In this document: one piece after another, positions 49,738-59,728 of the stretch
How positions within the stretch are numbered: position 1 is the stretch's first letter
Layout of the letters: every line of letters starts with the position of its first letter
Assembly (NCBI GenBank): GCA_002240395.1
Contig: CP016836.1
Coordinates: 2,457,174-2,521,173 of the forward strand
DNA: 64,000 nucleotides
From: Xanthomonas citri pv. mangiferaeindicae
GTDB lineage: Bacteria > Pseudomonadota > Gammaproteobacteria > Xanthomonadales > Xanthomonadaceae
Reading direction: 5' to 3'
Notes under the pieces: generated by a model
The model's input: only the letters and a program-made list of their open reading frames with translations
What the model was told of the DNA's origin: nothing
Databases searched by the model: none
Made by a program: the position numbers and the translations under genes

Positions 49738-49844
49738 GGGCATGCAGCCGGACGCTTGATCGGCGAGGTGCGTGCGGCCGAAAATCCGCGCGCGGCGACG
49801 GGCCCGGTGCGCGTCGCCAGCCCATCCCATCACAAGGAAGCACC

Positions 49845-50624
49845 ATGCATCACTTCGTTCCCCGCTGCGTCCTGGCCGTCTCGCTGCTGGCCGCGGCGGT
49901 CTCCGCCGCGCACGCGCAGAGCGCTCTCGATCGCCTCAAGGGGCTGGGCGGCGGCCGCGCCCAGACTGCGCTGGATGTCGGCAGCGATGTCGTCAAGGGG
50001 CTGACGCTCAGCGATGCCGACATCGCCACGCTCGGCGCCGAGGCCGCAGTCGCCTACGATGCCGAGAATCTGGTCGCGCCTGCCAGCGATCCCTACGCGC
50101 AGCGGCTGGCGCGCCTGGTCGCGGGCTGGGAGAACGATGCCGGCCTGAATCTCAACTTCAAGGTCTATCGCACGCCCGAGATCAACGCGTTCGCCTTGCC
50201 CGACGGCTCGGTGCGGGTGTTCAGTGGCCTGATGGACGCGATGGACGACGACGAACTGCGCTTCGTCATCGGCCACGAGATCGGCCACGTCAAGCACGGA
50301 CACAGCAAGGCCCGGTTCCGCACCGCCTATCTCGCCCAGGCCGCGCGCAAGGGTGTGGCGAGCACCAATAACGCAGCCGGCCGCCTGGCGGCGTCCGAGC
50401 TGGGCGGCGTCGTCGAAGAGGTGGTCAAGGCGCAGCATTCACAGTCCAACGAACTCGAGTCCGACGGCTACGGCCTGGGGCTGCTGCAGCGCGGCGGCTT
50501 CAACCCGCAGGCGGCCGTGACCGCATTGCAGAAGCTCGACGACGGCGGCCCCAAGGCCGGCATGCTGTCCAGCCACCCCGATCCGGCGCGCCGCGCGCAG
50601 CGCATCCAGGCGCAACTGCGCTAA
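49845..50624 (+). CDS. Periplasmic M48-family Zn metallopeptidase (259 aa)
   Basis: Signal [24 protein letters not shown]; [10 protein letters not shown] (HExxH). RBS AAGGAAG. Confidence 0.75.
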   Translation: MHHFVPRCVLAVSLLAAAVSAAHAQSALDRLKGLGGGRAQTALDVGSDVVKGLTLSDADIATLGAEAAVAYDAENLVAPASDPYAQRLARLVAGWENDAGLNLNFKVYRTPEINAFALPDGSVRVFSGLMDAMDDDELRFVIGHEIGHVKHGHSKARFRTAYLAQAARKGVASTNNAAGRLAASELGGVVEEVVKAQHSQSNELESDGYGLGLLQRGGFNPQAAVTALQKLDDGGPKAGMLSSHPDPARRAQRIQAQLR

Positions 50625-50738
50625 GCGCGTCGGGCACGCGCTCGCGGGTCTTGCGCGCTGCGCGCGCCGCGAAACGCTGCGTTGTTCCGATCCGACCCGT
50701 GCTGCGCGTATCGTGGCCGGGCCTTGTCGCCAGTTTGA

Positions 50739-50751
50739 CCTCCGTCGGAGG
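50739..50751. promoter_or_regulatory. Perfect palindrome CCTCCG-t-CGGAGG overlapping the -35/spacer of the putative sodA promoter (TTGACC at ~50735-50740)
   Basis: Seen in sequence 35-50 nt upstream of the sodA RBS AGAGGAG. It is an operator-like site; the regulator is unknown. Confidence 0.3.
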
Positions 50752-50785
50752 ACAATGGCGCATTCATCTAAGAGGAGTCTCGCTG

Positions 50786-51412
50786 ATGGCCTACACCCTT
50801 CCCGAACTTGGCTACGCCTATGACGCGCTCGAGCCGCATATCGACGCCAAGACGATGGAGATCCATCACACCAAGCACCACCAGACCTACATCAACAACG
50901 CCAACGCTGCGCTCGAAGGCACCGAGTGGGCGGATCGCCCGGTCGAGGAACTGGTGGCCAATCTCGACAAGTTGCCCGAGGACAAGCGCGGTCCGCTGCG
51001 CAACAACGCGGGCGGCCATGCCAACCACTCGCTGTTCTGGACGGTGATGTCGCCCAAGGGCGGCGGCGCGCCGGTCGGCGATGTCGCCAAGCACATCGAC
51101 AGCGACCTGGGCGGTTTCGATGCATTCAAGGAGGCCTTCACCAAGGCCGCGATCAGCCGTTTCGGCAGCGGCTGGGCCTGGCTGTCGGTCGACAAGGCCG
51201 GCACGCTGAAGGTCGAGAGCAGCGCCAACCAGGACAATCCGCTGATGCAGGGCATCGGCTCGGGCAACACCCCGATCCTGGGCCTGGACGTCTGGGAACA
51301 CGCCTACTACCTCAAGTACCAGAACCGTCGTCCCGACTACATCGCCGCGTTCTACAACGTCGTCGACTGGAACGAGGTCGAGCGCCGCTATCAGGCCGCG
51401 GTCAAGGGCTGA
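50786..51412 (+). CDS. sodA: Mn/Fe superoxide dismutase (Mn-type signature, 208 aa)
   Basis: [40 protein letters not shown]...[19 protein letters not shown]. Start is Met 46 of ORF 50651..51412, with a strong RBS. Confidence 0.9.
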   Translation: MAYTLPELGYAYDALEPHIDAKTMEIHHTKHHQTYINNANAALEGTEWADRPVEELVANLDKLPEDKRGPLRNNAGGHANHSLFWTVMSPKGGGAPVGDVAKHIDSDLGGFDAFKEAFTKAAISRFGSGWAWLSVDKAGTLKVESSANQDNPLMQGIGSGNTPILGLDVWEHAYYLKYQNRRPDYIAAFYNVVDWNEVERRYQAAVKG

Positions 51413-51438
51413 GCCCACAGCCACTGCGGTCCCCGCAG

Positions 51439-51466
51439 CGCCCGCCGGTCGTACCGGCGGGCGTTT
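51439..51466 (+). terminator. Rho-independent terminator of sodA (CGCCCGCCGG-tcgta-CCGGCGGGCG followed by TTTGCGTT)
   Basis: 10-bp perfect GC stem followed by a T-rich tract, 27 nt after the stop. Confidence 0.65.
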
Positions 51467-51470
51467 GCGT

Positions 51471-52535
51471 TCAAGGCGTCGCGATATCGGACGCCGGAAC
51501 GATGTCGACCGCGAGCACACGGCGCTCGGTCGTGAGCGCGATCTCGGCGATCTGCGTGGCCTGCCGGTCGTACACCCAGGCCATGCAGCAGCTCTGGCTG
51601 CCGGCTGCGTGATAGCTGTTGAGCAGGTTGATCACGGTGACCTCGCTGCAGTCACCGTCATGGTGCAGCGCAAACGTCGCCGCGAACTCGAAGGTGTAAT
51701 GCCCGGCGCCATGCCAGGGCCGGGGGGCATCGTCGCTGCGTTCAGGGCACGCGGGGGGCGGGTCGGTGCGCTCGGCAAGTGCGCCGAGGCCCCGATCGAC
51801 CGCGGCCAGCAGCGATGGCGCTGACGGGTGGCTGCCCTGCTGCGGCGCGACCCGGTGGCGCATCGCATAGCGCACGCGCAGTCCGTCCTGCGCGGGCTCA
51901 GGGTTGAACGGACGGGTGAGGGTGAGCGTGTCCTGCGCATAGACGCTGTCGCGGTAGACGGTCCAGATGCGGCCGTCGATCGCGATGAGGTCGAAGGCCT
52001 GGTCGCCGCCCCGGCCGTTGATCGAAAAGGTCATGGCGTCGCGCGCGTCGGCGTCGCCGACATCCGCAAGCGGCCACGCGAAGCCGTCCGGGCGCTGGCG
52101 GATCAGCTCGATCTGCGAAAACAGGCCGGTACCGCCGACATAGGTCTCGCGTACGAGGTCGAGACGTCCATCGCCATCGAGATCGACCAGTTGCAGGTGG
52201 GCGCCGCGTCCTTCGCCATCGCCGCGATCGCAGGTGCCCGGCCAGCGCGCCAGGGCCTGCCAGTCGGCCAGCGGCACGCCTGGGGGCCGGCCGATGTGCG
52301 CCAGGCAGTCGGCCAGCGGCTCGTCTGTCGCATCGGCCAGTGCAATGTCGAGCTCCGTGGTGCTCACGGCCTGGAGCGGGGAGAGGGCCGCCGCCAGCGG
52401 GTCGACAGCGCCTGCGGTGGCGGCGTCCAGAATCGCTTGGCGCAGTGTGTCGACGGGTCGCTCGGCCTGCGCCGCCAGGACGGGCGCAAGCGCGAGAGCT
52501 GCGACCAGCAGCCCGCGCAGGCCACCGGATGTCAT
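51471..52535 (-). CDS. Hypothetical periplasmic protein with signal peptide and a VCBS/FG-GAP-like DLDGDGRLDL motif (354 aa)
   Basis: MTSGGLRGLLVAALALAPVLAAQA signal. Start is Met 65 of ORF 51471..52727. I recognise no family. Confidence 0.5.
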   Translation of the reverse strand: MTSGGLRGLLVAALALAPVLAAQAERPVDTLRQAILDAATAGAVDPLAAALSPLQAVSTTELDIALADATDEPLADCLAHIGRPPGVPLADWQALARWPGTCDRGDGEGRGAHLQLVDLDGDGRLDLVRETYVGGTGLFSQIELIRQRPDGFAWPLADVGDADARDAMTFSINGRGGDQAFDLIAIDGRIWTVYRDSVYAQDTLTLTRPFNPEPAQDGLRVRYAMRHRVAPQQGSHPSAPSLLAAVDRGLGALAERTDPPPACPERSDDAPRPWHGAGHYTFEFAATFALHHDGDCSEVTVINLLNSYHAAGSQSCCMAWVYDRQATQIAEIALTTERRVLAVDIVPASDIATP

Positions 52536-53071
52536 GGCGTGGCGCGCCGTCGCAGTTCGACCGCAACCGGGCAGTCGGGGCGATGCGCGCCGGGCAGGTA
52601 GCCCAGGCTCATCAGGAACTCGCCGGTGATCTCGCCGCCGGTGAACCGGAATGTGCGCTTGAACAGCTTCACCCACGAGGCTTTGTCGCGCGGCCTGCCG
52701 TCTTCGTTGGCGTGCGCGTCCAGCCACGCGGCGAAGCCGCCATGACTCGTTCGCAGGCCCTGCACGACCTGGGCGTTGTGGATCGCCGCGTCGATCTTGA
52801 GCCGGTTGCGGATAATCGCCGGGTCGGCCAGCAGGCGCGCGCGGTCCGCCTCACCGTAGCCGGCGACCGCATCGACGTCGAAGCCGTCGTAGGCCGCGCG
52901 GAAGCCCGCGCGCTTGCGCAGCACCGTCTCCCAGCTCAGCCCGGCCTGGTTGATCTCCAGCAACAGGCGCTCGAACAGCACCGCCTCCTCGCGCTGCGGA
53001 AAGCCGTATTCGGTGTCGTGGTAGGGCCCGTGCAGCGGATGGCCGGGGGCGATGTCGCAGTAGCCGCTCAT
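52532..53071 (-). CDS. tag: DNA-3-methyladenine glycosylase I (179 aa)
   Basis: MSGYCDIAPGHPLHGPYHDTEYGFP...EINQAGLSWETVLRKR... are Tag signature residues. Start is Met 59 of ORF 52532..53245. Confidence 0.85.
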   Translation of the reverse strand: MSGYCDIAPGHPLHGPYHDTEYGFPQREEAVLFERLLLEINQAGLSWETVLRKRAGFRAAYDGFDVDAVAGYGEADRARLLADPAIIRNRLKIDAAIHNAQVVQGLRTSHGGFAAWLDAHANEDGRPRDKASWVKLFKRTFRFTGGEITGEFLMSLGYLPGAHRPDCPVAVELRRRATP

Positions 53072-53171
53072 GCGCGCAGCATAGGCAGGGCCGCGGCCTG
53101 GCGCCAGGTGCCGGCTTGCGCCCTTCACGGCGGCCGCGCGACCATGCGCCATCGCCCAGCAGGAACCGTCG

Positions 53172-53627
53172 ATGGAAATCGCACACCGTCGTGTCGCCAC
53201 GGTCCACTTCACGCTGTCGGACACCTCCGGCGCGCAGATCGCCACGACCCGTGGCCACGATCCGCTGGTCTACATGCACGGCAGCGGCTCGATCATCCGC
53301 GGGTTGGAGGAGGCACTCGAGGGGCGCAGCGCCGGGGACACGTTCACCGTCGAGATCCCGCCCGAAGCCGGTTTCGGGCCGCGCCACGATGGGTTGGTGC
53401 AGCGCCTGCCGCGCAGCGTGTTCACCGGCAACACCGTGCCGGCGGTCGGCGAGAAGCTGCGCGCGCAGACCGAGAAGGGTCCGTTGGACGTCACGGTCAC
53501 CGCGCTCGATGCCGACAGCATCACCGTGGACGGCAACAACCCGCTGGCCGGGCGCACGCTGCGCGCCGAGGTCGAGGTCGTCGGCGTGCGGGTGGCGACG
53601 CCGCAGGAAATCCAGTTCGGGCTGTGA
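53172..53627 (+). CDS. FKBP-type peptidyl-prolyl cis-trans isomerase (SlyD/FkpB-like, 151 aa)
   Basis: VATVHFTLSDTSGAQI...LVYMHGSGSIIRGLEEAL is FKBP-fold with an insert-in-flap region. Confidence 0.8.
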   Translation: MEIAHRRVATVHFTLSDTSGAQIATTRGHDPLVYMHGSGSIIRGLEEALEGRSAGDTFTVEIPPEAGFGPRHDGLVQRLPRSVFTGNTVPAVGEKLRAQTEKGPLDVTVTALDADSITVDGNNPLAGRTLRAEVEVVGVRVATPQEIQFGL

Positions 53628-53640
53628 GCCGGTCGCCGGC

Positions 53641-54525
53641 TCAGCCCGGCTGGGTGCGGCCGTCCAGACGCGTCGCCAGGGCCTGGGCGTCGAACGGCGC
53701 ACGGACTTTGGCGTCGTTGTCGAAGTAGCAGTAGACGTCGCGACCGGAGGCCGCCGGCGGCGCCCGCGGGGCGCTGCGCGCGGCATCGCGCGGCTCGCCG
53801 CCGGCCGCCCAGCGGGCGATCCGGCGCGCCCAGCGATCGAGGGCGGGCTCGCCGTAGCCGCTGGTGTAGAGCTCGGTATCGCCGTGCAGGCGGATGTAGA
53901 CGAAATCGGCGGTGACGTCCTCGAGCACCGGGTGCCGCCCTGCGCTGTCGGAAACCACCAGACCAACGCCGTGCGCGCGCAGCAGGGCGATGAACGCAGG
54001 GTCGCAGAAGCTCGCATGCCGCACTTCCAGCGCATGCCGGATCGGCCGTTCGCGCAGGCGCGGCAAGGCGGTGCGGCCGGCCATCCGGTCACGCTCGCGC
54101 CGCCGGGCCAGTGCCAGCGCTGCAGCGGTATCGTGCGGCAAGGCGCGCAGAAAGGCGTCGATGCGCGCCGGCTCGAACGCCAGGTTCGGCGGCAATTGCC
54201 ACAGCAATGGGCCGAGGCGGTCATCGAGTGTCAGCACGCCGGATGCGAAGAAGTTCGCCAGCGGCATCTCCACGTCGCGCAGCCGCTTCATGTGCGTGAC
54301 CAGACGCGGCCCCTTGACCGCGAACACGAAGCCTGGCGGGGTCGCATCGCGCCAGCTGCGCCAGCTTTTGGGCGATTGCAGCGAGTAGAACGACCCGTTG
54401 ATCTCGATGGTCCGGAACATGCGCGAGGCGAAGGCCAGTTCCTCGCGCTGGACCAGGTCCTGGGGATAGAAGACCCCGCGCCAGGGGGCATAACGCCAGC
54501 CGGAGATGCCGATGCGGACCGCCAT
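53641..54525 (-). CDS. DUF72 (YecE-like) family protein (294 aa)
   Basis: MAVRIGISGWRYAPWRGVFYPQDL...FYSLQ is a DUF72 N-terminal signature. Confidence 0.8.
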   Translation of the reverse strand: MAVRIGISGWRYAPWRGVFYPQDLVQREELAFASRMFRTIEINGSFYSLQSPKSWRSWRDATPPGFVFAVKGPRLVTHMKRLRDVEMPLANFFASGVLTLDDRLGPLLWQLPPNLAFEPARIDAFLRALPHDTAAALALARRRERDRMAGRTALPRLRERPIRHALEVRHASFCDPAFIALLRAHGVGLVVSDSAGRHPVLEDVTADFVYIRLHGDTELYTSGYGEPALDRWARRIARWAAGGEPRDAARSAPRAPPAASGRDVYCYFDNDAKVRAPFDAQALATRLDGRTQPG

Positions 54526-54642
54526 GGGAAACGAGCTTGGCGACCGGCGGCGGAGGCTGCGTGAAGCGGATTGCGTTGCCTACGGCGCCGGCCTGCAGGT
54601 CATGCACAGGTGGCGTGCAGCGCGGCCGGCTAGAATGCCGCC

Positions 54643-55197
54643 ATGTCGTTCTTTGCCAATCACCTGCTGGTCGCGCTGCCGGCGCTGCAGGATCCCGACT
54701 TCGCGCGTTCGGTCGCGTTGATCTGCCAACACGATGCCGAGGGCGCGATGGGCGTGGTCGTCAACCGGCCTTCGGAGTACACCCTGGGCGAAGTGTTCGA
54801 GCAGATGGGCATCGTGCTCATCGACCAACGCCTGCGCGACCACCGAGTGCTCGCCGGCGGCCCGGTGCATCCCGAGCGCGGTTTCGTGCTGCACGACGGC
54901 CAGGCGCGCTGGGATTCGAGCCTGGCGATTGCCGAGGACCTGAATGTCACCACATCGCGCGACGTGCTCGAGGCGATGGCGGCCGGCGAAGGTCCGGACA
55001 ACGCGATCGTCGCGCTGGGTTGTGCCGGCTGGGGCGCCGGCCAGCTCGAACAGGAACTGACCCAGCACAGCTGGCTGACCGTGCCTGCCGATGCGCCACT
55101 GCTGTTCGATACCCCGCTCGATGCGCGCTGGCAGGCCGCGGCCGGCCGGATCGGCGTCGACATGACCCTCGTCGTCAGCCACGGCGGGCGGGCGTGA
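54643..55197 (+). CDS. YqgE/AlgH-family protein (184 aa)
   Basis: [43 protein letters not shown] is canonical YqgE. Confidence 0.85.
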   Translation: MSFFANHLLVALPALQDPDFARSVALICQHDAEGAMGVVVNRPSEYTLGEVFEQMGIVLIDQRLRDHRVLAGGPVHPERGFVLHDGQARWDSSLAIAEDLNVTTSRDVLEAMAAGEGPDNAIVALGCAGWGAGQLEQELTQHSWLTVPADAPLLFDTPLDARWQAAAGRIGVDMTLVVSHGGRA

Positions 55198-55676
55198 GCG
55201 AGGCTGCGCCCGCCGCTCCGGCGATCCGCCGCGACGGCACCGTGCTCGGTTTCGACGTGGGTGCGCGACGCATCGGCGTGGCCGTGGGCAGCGCGTTCGG
55301 CAACGGCGCGCGTGCGTTGGCTGTCGTCGACGTGCACGGCGGCCAGATCGACTGGCCGGCAGTCGCGCGGTTGCACAAAGAGTGGCGGCCGGACGGCATG
55401 ATCGTCGGCGACCCGCTGACCCTGGACGGCGGCGACCAGCCGGCGCGGGTCCGGGCGCATGCGTTCGCGCGCGAACTCGTCGCCCGCTTCGGCCTGCCGG
55501 TCGTCTTGATCGACGAGCGCGCAAGCTCGATCGAGGCGGCCCGCCGCTTCGCCGTCGACCGGGCCGAGGGACGCCGCCGCCGCCGCGATGCCGCGACACT
55601 CGACGCGGTCGCCGCGGCGGTCATCGTCGAGCGCTGGCTCGCCGCGCCGGACACCGCCACGCCGGTGACGCGCTGA
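55194..55676 (+). CDS. ruvX: Holliday-junction resolvase-like nuclease RuvX/YqgF (160 aa); GTG start overlapping the yqgE stop
   Basis: ...[19 protein letters not shown]...[14 protein letters not shown]. There is no in-frame ATG; GTG at 55194 forms a GTGA overlap with the yqgE stop, preserving yqgE-yqgF synteny. Confidence 0.75.
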   Translation: MSEAAPAAPAIRRDGTVLGFDVGARRIGVAVGSAFGNGARALAVVDVHGGQIDWPAVARLHKEWRPDGMIVGDPLTLDGGDQPARVRAHAFARELVARFGLPVVLIDERASSIEAARRFAVDRAEGRRRRRDAATLDAVAAAVIVERWLAAPDTATPVTR

Positions 55677-55746
55677 CCGACGCGCGCTATCCGCGCGGGT
55701 ACCGGGTGCGGGACAATCGAGATCCCGCCGCTGCCCGCTCACTGCG

Positions 55747-56694
55747 ATGTCCCAGACCGCATCTTCCGCGCAACTCGACGCCAACGGCCGCCTGCGCCAC
55801 CTGTTGACCCTCGACGGCTTGCCGCGTGCGACGCTGGAGACGCTGCTCGACCGCGCCCAGGCGATTCTCGATGGGGACGAACGCAATGCGCGTCTGGCCG
55901 GCGTCGCGGTCTGCACGCTGTTCTTTGAACCCTCGACGCGGACCCGTCTGAGCTTCCAGCGCGCGACCCAGCGACTCGGCGCCGACGTGCTCGGCTTCGA
56001 CGCCTCGACTTCGTCGACGACCAAGGGCGAGACCGCGCTCGATACCTTCCGCAACATCGAGGCGATGGGCGTGCGCGGTTTCGTCGTGCGCCACAGCGCC
56101 GACGGCGCGGTCGCCGCGCTGGCGCAGGCCGCCGCGCCCGACACCGCACTGCTCAATGCCGGCGACGGGCGCAGCGCGCATCCCACGCAGGGCCTGCTCG
56201 ACATGCTGACTTTGCGCCAGGCCAAGGGCACGGATTTCTCGGGCCTGCGCGTGGCGATCGTCGGCGATGTGAAGCACTCGCGGGTCGCGCGCAGCGACCT
56301 GCAGGCGCTGCGCACGCTCGGTGCCGGCGAGATCCGCGTCTGTGGACCGGCGGCGCTGTTGCCCGATGAGGCGACGCTCGCCGGCTGCACCGTCTCGCAC
56401 GATCTCGACGCGGCACTGGAAGGCGTCGACGCGGTGATGATGCTGCGGCTGCAACGCGAGCGCATGGAAGAAGGGCTGGTCGGCTCGCTTGAGGACTACC
56501 ACTGCGACTACGGGCTCGACGCACGCCGGCTGCGGCTGGCGGCGCCCGATGCGGTGGTGCTGCATCCCGGGCCGATGAACCGCGGCGTGGAGATCGCCGA
56601 CGACGTCGCCGACGGCCCGCAGTCGCAGGTGCTGCGTCAGGTCCACAACGGGGTCGCGGTGCGCATGGCCGCGCTGGAGGCGTTGCTGGCCTGA
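55747..56694 (+). CDS. pyrB: Aspartate carbamoyltransferase catalytic subunit (315 aa)
   Basis: ...LFFEPSTRTRLSFQRA... (STRTR), HPTQ, ...LHPGPMNRG. Confidence 0.9.
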   Translation: MSQTASSAQLDANGRLRHLLTLDGLPRATLETLLDRAQAILDGDERNARLAGVAVCTLFFEPSTRTRLSFQRATQRLGADVLGFDASTSSTTKGETALDTFRNIEAMGVRGFVVRHSADGAVAALAQAAAPDTALLNAGDGRSAHPTQGLLDMLTLRQAKGTDFSGLRVAIVGDVKHSRVARSDLQALRTLGAGEIRVCGPAALLPDEATLAGCTVSHDLDAALEGVDAVMMLRLQRERMEEGLVGSLEDYHCDYGLDARRLRLAAPDAVVLHPGPMNRGVEIADDVADGPQSQVLRQVHNGVAVRMAALEALLA

Positions 56695-56764
56695 GCCCGG
56701 GCGCGGGCCGGTTACGGCGACGCGAATCCGGTATCTTGCCTGGCTTTCGACCAGGCCGGCCCCG

Positions 56765-58162
56765 ATGCAGCCCACCTCTACGTCCAGTCCAAAGACCACA
56801 CGGCCGGTCGCGGCGCCCGCGCACGCGCTCAAGCCGCGGCAACTGGTGATGATGGGCCTGGGCAGCGCGATCGGCGCCGGTCTGTTCCTGGGCTCGGGCG
56901 TCGGCATTCAGGTCGCAGGTCCCGCCGTGCTGCTGTCCTATCTGATCGCCGGCGCGCTGGTGATCGTGGTGATGCATGCACTCGGCGAGATGGCCGCGGC
57001 CAAGCCCGCCAGCGGTGCGTTCTCGGTCTATGCCGAGGACGCGATGGGCGCGACTGCCGGCGCGACGGTCGGCTGGTTGTGGTGGCTGCAGGTGGTGATC
57101 GTGATCGCCGCCGAGGCGGTCGGCGCGGCTGGCCTGCTGGCGACCTTGTGGCCTAGCCTCTCGGTGCCCGGGCTGGCGCTCACGTTCATGGCGGTATTCA
57201 CCGCGATCAATCTGCTGGGCGTGCGCAATTTCGGCGAGTTCGAGTTCTGGTTCGCGATCCTGAAAGTGGTTGCGATCCTGGCCTTCATCGCGGTCGGCAT
57301 CGTGCTGCTGCTGGGCTGGCTGCCCGACGTCGCATCGCCGGGGCTGGCGCATTTCCATGCCAATGGCGGCTTCGCGCCGAACGGGCTGATGGGCGTCGGC
57401 GCGGCGCTGCTGGTCGTGGTGTTCGCGTTCGGCGGCACCGAGATTGTCGCCATCGCCGCTGCCGAGACCGACGATCCGGCGCGCAGCCTCGCACGCGCAA
57501 TCCGCACCGTCGCCTGGCGCATCCTGTTGTTCTATCTGGGCTCGATCGCGGTGATCGTGGCCGTCGTGCCCTGGAACAGCCCGGCGCTGGCCTCGCCGTT
57601 CGCGGCGGTGTTGCAGGTGGCGCGCATTCCCGGCGCGGCCGCCGCGATCACCCTGGTTGCGGTAATCGCGCTGTTGTCGGCGCTCAACGCCAACCTCTAC
57701 GGCGCGTCGCGGATGATCTGGTCGCTGGCCCGGCGCGGCGAGGCGCCGGCGGTGCTTGGTCGCAGCGACCGCCGTCAGGTGCCGGTCGCCGCGGTGCTGG
57801 CCAGTGTCGCCTTCGGTTTCCTCGCGGCGGGCCTGGAGCTGTTGTTCCCGCAGCGGGTGCTGCCGGTGCTGCTCAACATCGTCGGCGCGACCTGCCTGCT
57901 GGTCTGGACGATCGCGCTGGTCTCGCAGCTGATCCTGCGCCGCCGCGCCGATCGGGCAGGCACTGCGCTGCCGTACCGGATGCGCGGGTTCCCGGTGCCG
58001 ACCCTGGCCGCGCTGGCGATCCTGGGGCTGATCTTCGTGCTGTTGATCGTCTCCCCGGACACCCGCGCGCAGTTCCTGTCGATGGTGCTGCTGGTCGCAG
58101 TGATCGCCGCGCTCGGCGCGCTGGCGCGACGGCTGCGGACGGGCGCGCGCCCCGCGCCTTAG
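56765..58162 (+). CDS. APC-family amino-acid permease, 12 TM (465 aa)
   Basis: LKPRQLVMMGLGSAIGAGLFLGSG is the amino-acid permease signature, with multiple TM helices. Confidence 0.85.
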   Translation: MQPTSTSSPKTTRPVAAPAHALKPRQLVMMGLGSAIGAGLFLGSGVGIQVAGPAVLLSYLIAGALVIVVMHALGEMAAAKPASGAFSVYAEDAMGATAGATVGWLWWLQVVIVIAAEAVGAAGLLATLWPSLSVPGLALTFMAVFTAINLLGVRNFGEFEFWFAILKVVAILAFIAVGIVLLLGWLPDVASPGLAHFHANGGFAPNGLMGVGAALLVVVFAFGGTEIVAIAAAETDDPARSLARAIRTVAWRILLFYLGSIAVIVAVVPWNSPALASPFAAVLQVARIPGAAAAITLVAVIALLSALNANLYGASRMIWSLARRGEAPAVLGRSDRRQVPVAAVLASVAFGFLAAGLELLFPQRVLPVLLNIVGATCLLVWTIALVSQLILRRRADRAGTALPYRMRGFPVPTLAALAILGLIFVLLIVSPDTRAQFLSMVLLVAVIAALGALARRLRTGARPAP

Positions 58163-58222
58163 TCGCGTGTCGCGCGCGGTCGACGACGCCCCGGCCCGCG
58201 CTCGGCCCGGGCGACGTGTCGC

Positions 58223-59053
58223 TCAGCGCCGCTGCGCGAACAGCCAATCCCACAGCGCCTGCGTGGCGTAGGCTGCGTCCCAGCTGTTGTGGTTGGCGTC
58301 GGGGAACTCGGTGTAGCGCACGTCGGCGCCGACGCGCTGCAGCGCGGCGTACATCCGGCGCGACTGCTCGGGGGGCACGACATCGTCGCGGGCGCCGTGG
58401 AACAGCCAACTGGGAATGTCGCGCAGCCGTTGCGCGGCGGCATCGAACGGGTCGGGCGCCTCGCGAGTCGATTCGACTTGCAGGCTGTCGAGATCGGGGC
58501 GCGTGCCGGGCGGGGTGATGCCGCCGCACACCGGCACCAGGGCCGCGAAGCGCTCGGGCGCACGCAGGGCCAGCGACCAAGTGCCGTAGCCGCCGCGGGA
58601 CATGCCGGTCAGCGAGGTGCGGCGCCGGTCGCCGTCGAACTCGACGGTGGCGGCATCGAGCGCGGCCAGCGCCATCGTCGCCACGTCGCCTTCCCATGAC
58701 GTGCCTTCGGGCGATTGCGGAAATACCACCAGGGCCGGGAAATCGGCCGCGTGCGCGCGCACGTACGGCCCCAGGCCGGCGTGGGTCTGCTTGTCGCCGT
58801 CGCTGCCGCGTTCGCCCGAACCGTGCAGGAACAACACCACCGGCAGTGGCCGGGGCACGGCCGCCGTCGGCACGAAAACCTGGTAGGCGTAGCGGTGTCC
58901 GCCGACCTCGACCGTACGGCGCACGAAGCGGCCCGGTGCCTGCGCGGACGGCGACGAGCGACAGCCGGCGAGCCAGGCTGCGCCACCGGCGCCAGCGAGT
59001 GCGAGACCGCGCAGCACGCGGCGGCGGGACGTGGAATCGGGGGGCAGGGACAT
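58223..59053 (-). CDS. Alpha/beta-hydrolase (esterase / PHB-depolymerase-like) lipoprotein with a Tat-type signal (276 aa)
   Basis: MSLPPDSTSRRRVLRGLALAGAGGAAWLAGC (RRxxLR plus lipobox), GMSRGG nucleophile elbow, HGARD...H. Confidence 0.7.
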   Translation of the reverse strand: MSLPPDSTSRRRVLRGLALAGAGGAAWLAGCRSSPSAQAPGRFVRRTVEVGGHRYAYQVFVPTAAVPRPLPVVLFLHGSGERGSDGDKQTHAGLGPYVRAHAADFPALVVFPQSPEGTSWEGDVATMALAALDAATVEFDGDRRRTSLTGMSRGGYGTWSLALRAPERFAALVPVCGGITPPGTRPDLDSLQVESTREAPDPFDAAAQRLRDIPSWLFHGARDDVVPPEQSRRMYAALQRVGADVRYTEFPDANHNSWDAAYATQALWDWLFAQRR

Positions 59054-59078
59054 CGGTGGCTCCAGGACGGGGGCGCGC

Positions 59079-59717
59079 TCAGAGGGCGGGCCGCAGGACG
59101 AGGGCGAGGGCGATCGCATGCAGCGCGATCATCGCCACGAAGACATGACGGTAGGCGCGCTTGACGCTCTTGTGCCGCAGCAGGCGTTGCGCGAGCCAGG
59201 CAGCCGGCCAGCCGCCGAGCAGTTCGAACAAGTGCAACTGGGCTTCGGGCGTGCGTCGGCGTCCGGCCTGCGCGGCGCGCTTATCGACCGCATACATCCC
59301 GAACGTGACCAAGTTGAGGACCCCCAGCCCTGGCACGAGCATGGCGGGCAGGCAGCCGGCGTCGATGCCCCAGGCCAGCGCCGCGGCCCACAGCGCGATC
59401 GTCAGCAGCATCGCCAGCGCGCCGACCGGGCCGCGCGCGCGCGGCCTTGGGGCCGGCGGTGCCTGGCGCAATCGGCGTTCGCGTGTGGCGGCCAGCGACA
59501 CCCGCACCACCCGATGGGCGCGCCAACGGCCATCGGCCTGGCGTTCGGGCGTGTAGCGCACGATCTCGCCGACTTCCGGCCGGCGGCCGCCCTGGTCGTA
59601 GTCGCGGATGTGGAAAAACGCGCGCGGCCCGTCGGCAGGATCGAGCGGCTCGACAAAGCCGTAGCCGCGACCGTCGTCCCAACTGGCGATCTTTCCCGGT
59701 TGCGAGGTCGGCGGCAT
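59079..59717 (-). CDS. Cold-shock-domain protein fused to a DUF1294 membrane domain (212 aa)
   Basis: GKIASWDDGRGYGFVEP...FFHIRD (CSD) followed by 3 TM helices. Start is Met 169 of ORF 59079..60221. Confidence 0.7.
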   Translation of the reverse strand: MPPTSQPGKIASWDDGRGYGFVEPLDPADGPRAFFHIRDYDQGGRRPEVGEIVRYTPERQADGRWRAHRVVRVSLAATRERRLRQAPPAPRPRARGPVGALAMLLTIALWAAALAWGIDAGCLPAMLVPGLGVLNLVTFGMYAVDKRAAQAGRRRTPEAQLHLFELLGGWPAAWLAQRLLRHKSVKRAYRHVFVAMIALHAIALALVLRPAL

Positions 59718-59728
59718 TTGTGCGGTCC

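Noticed and set aside
46201-50624. Long ORFs 46201..48501 (766 aa) and 48819..50624 (601 aa)
   Set aside because: Only the 3' portions are real: pilT from 47464, and the M48 peptidase from 49845. The 5' parts overlap proC/lipoprotein and pilU respectively, in other frames.
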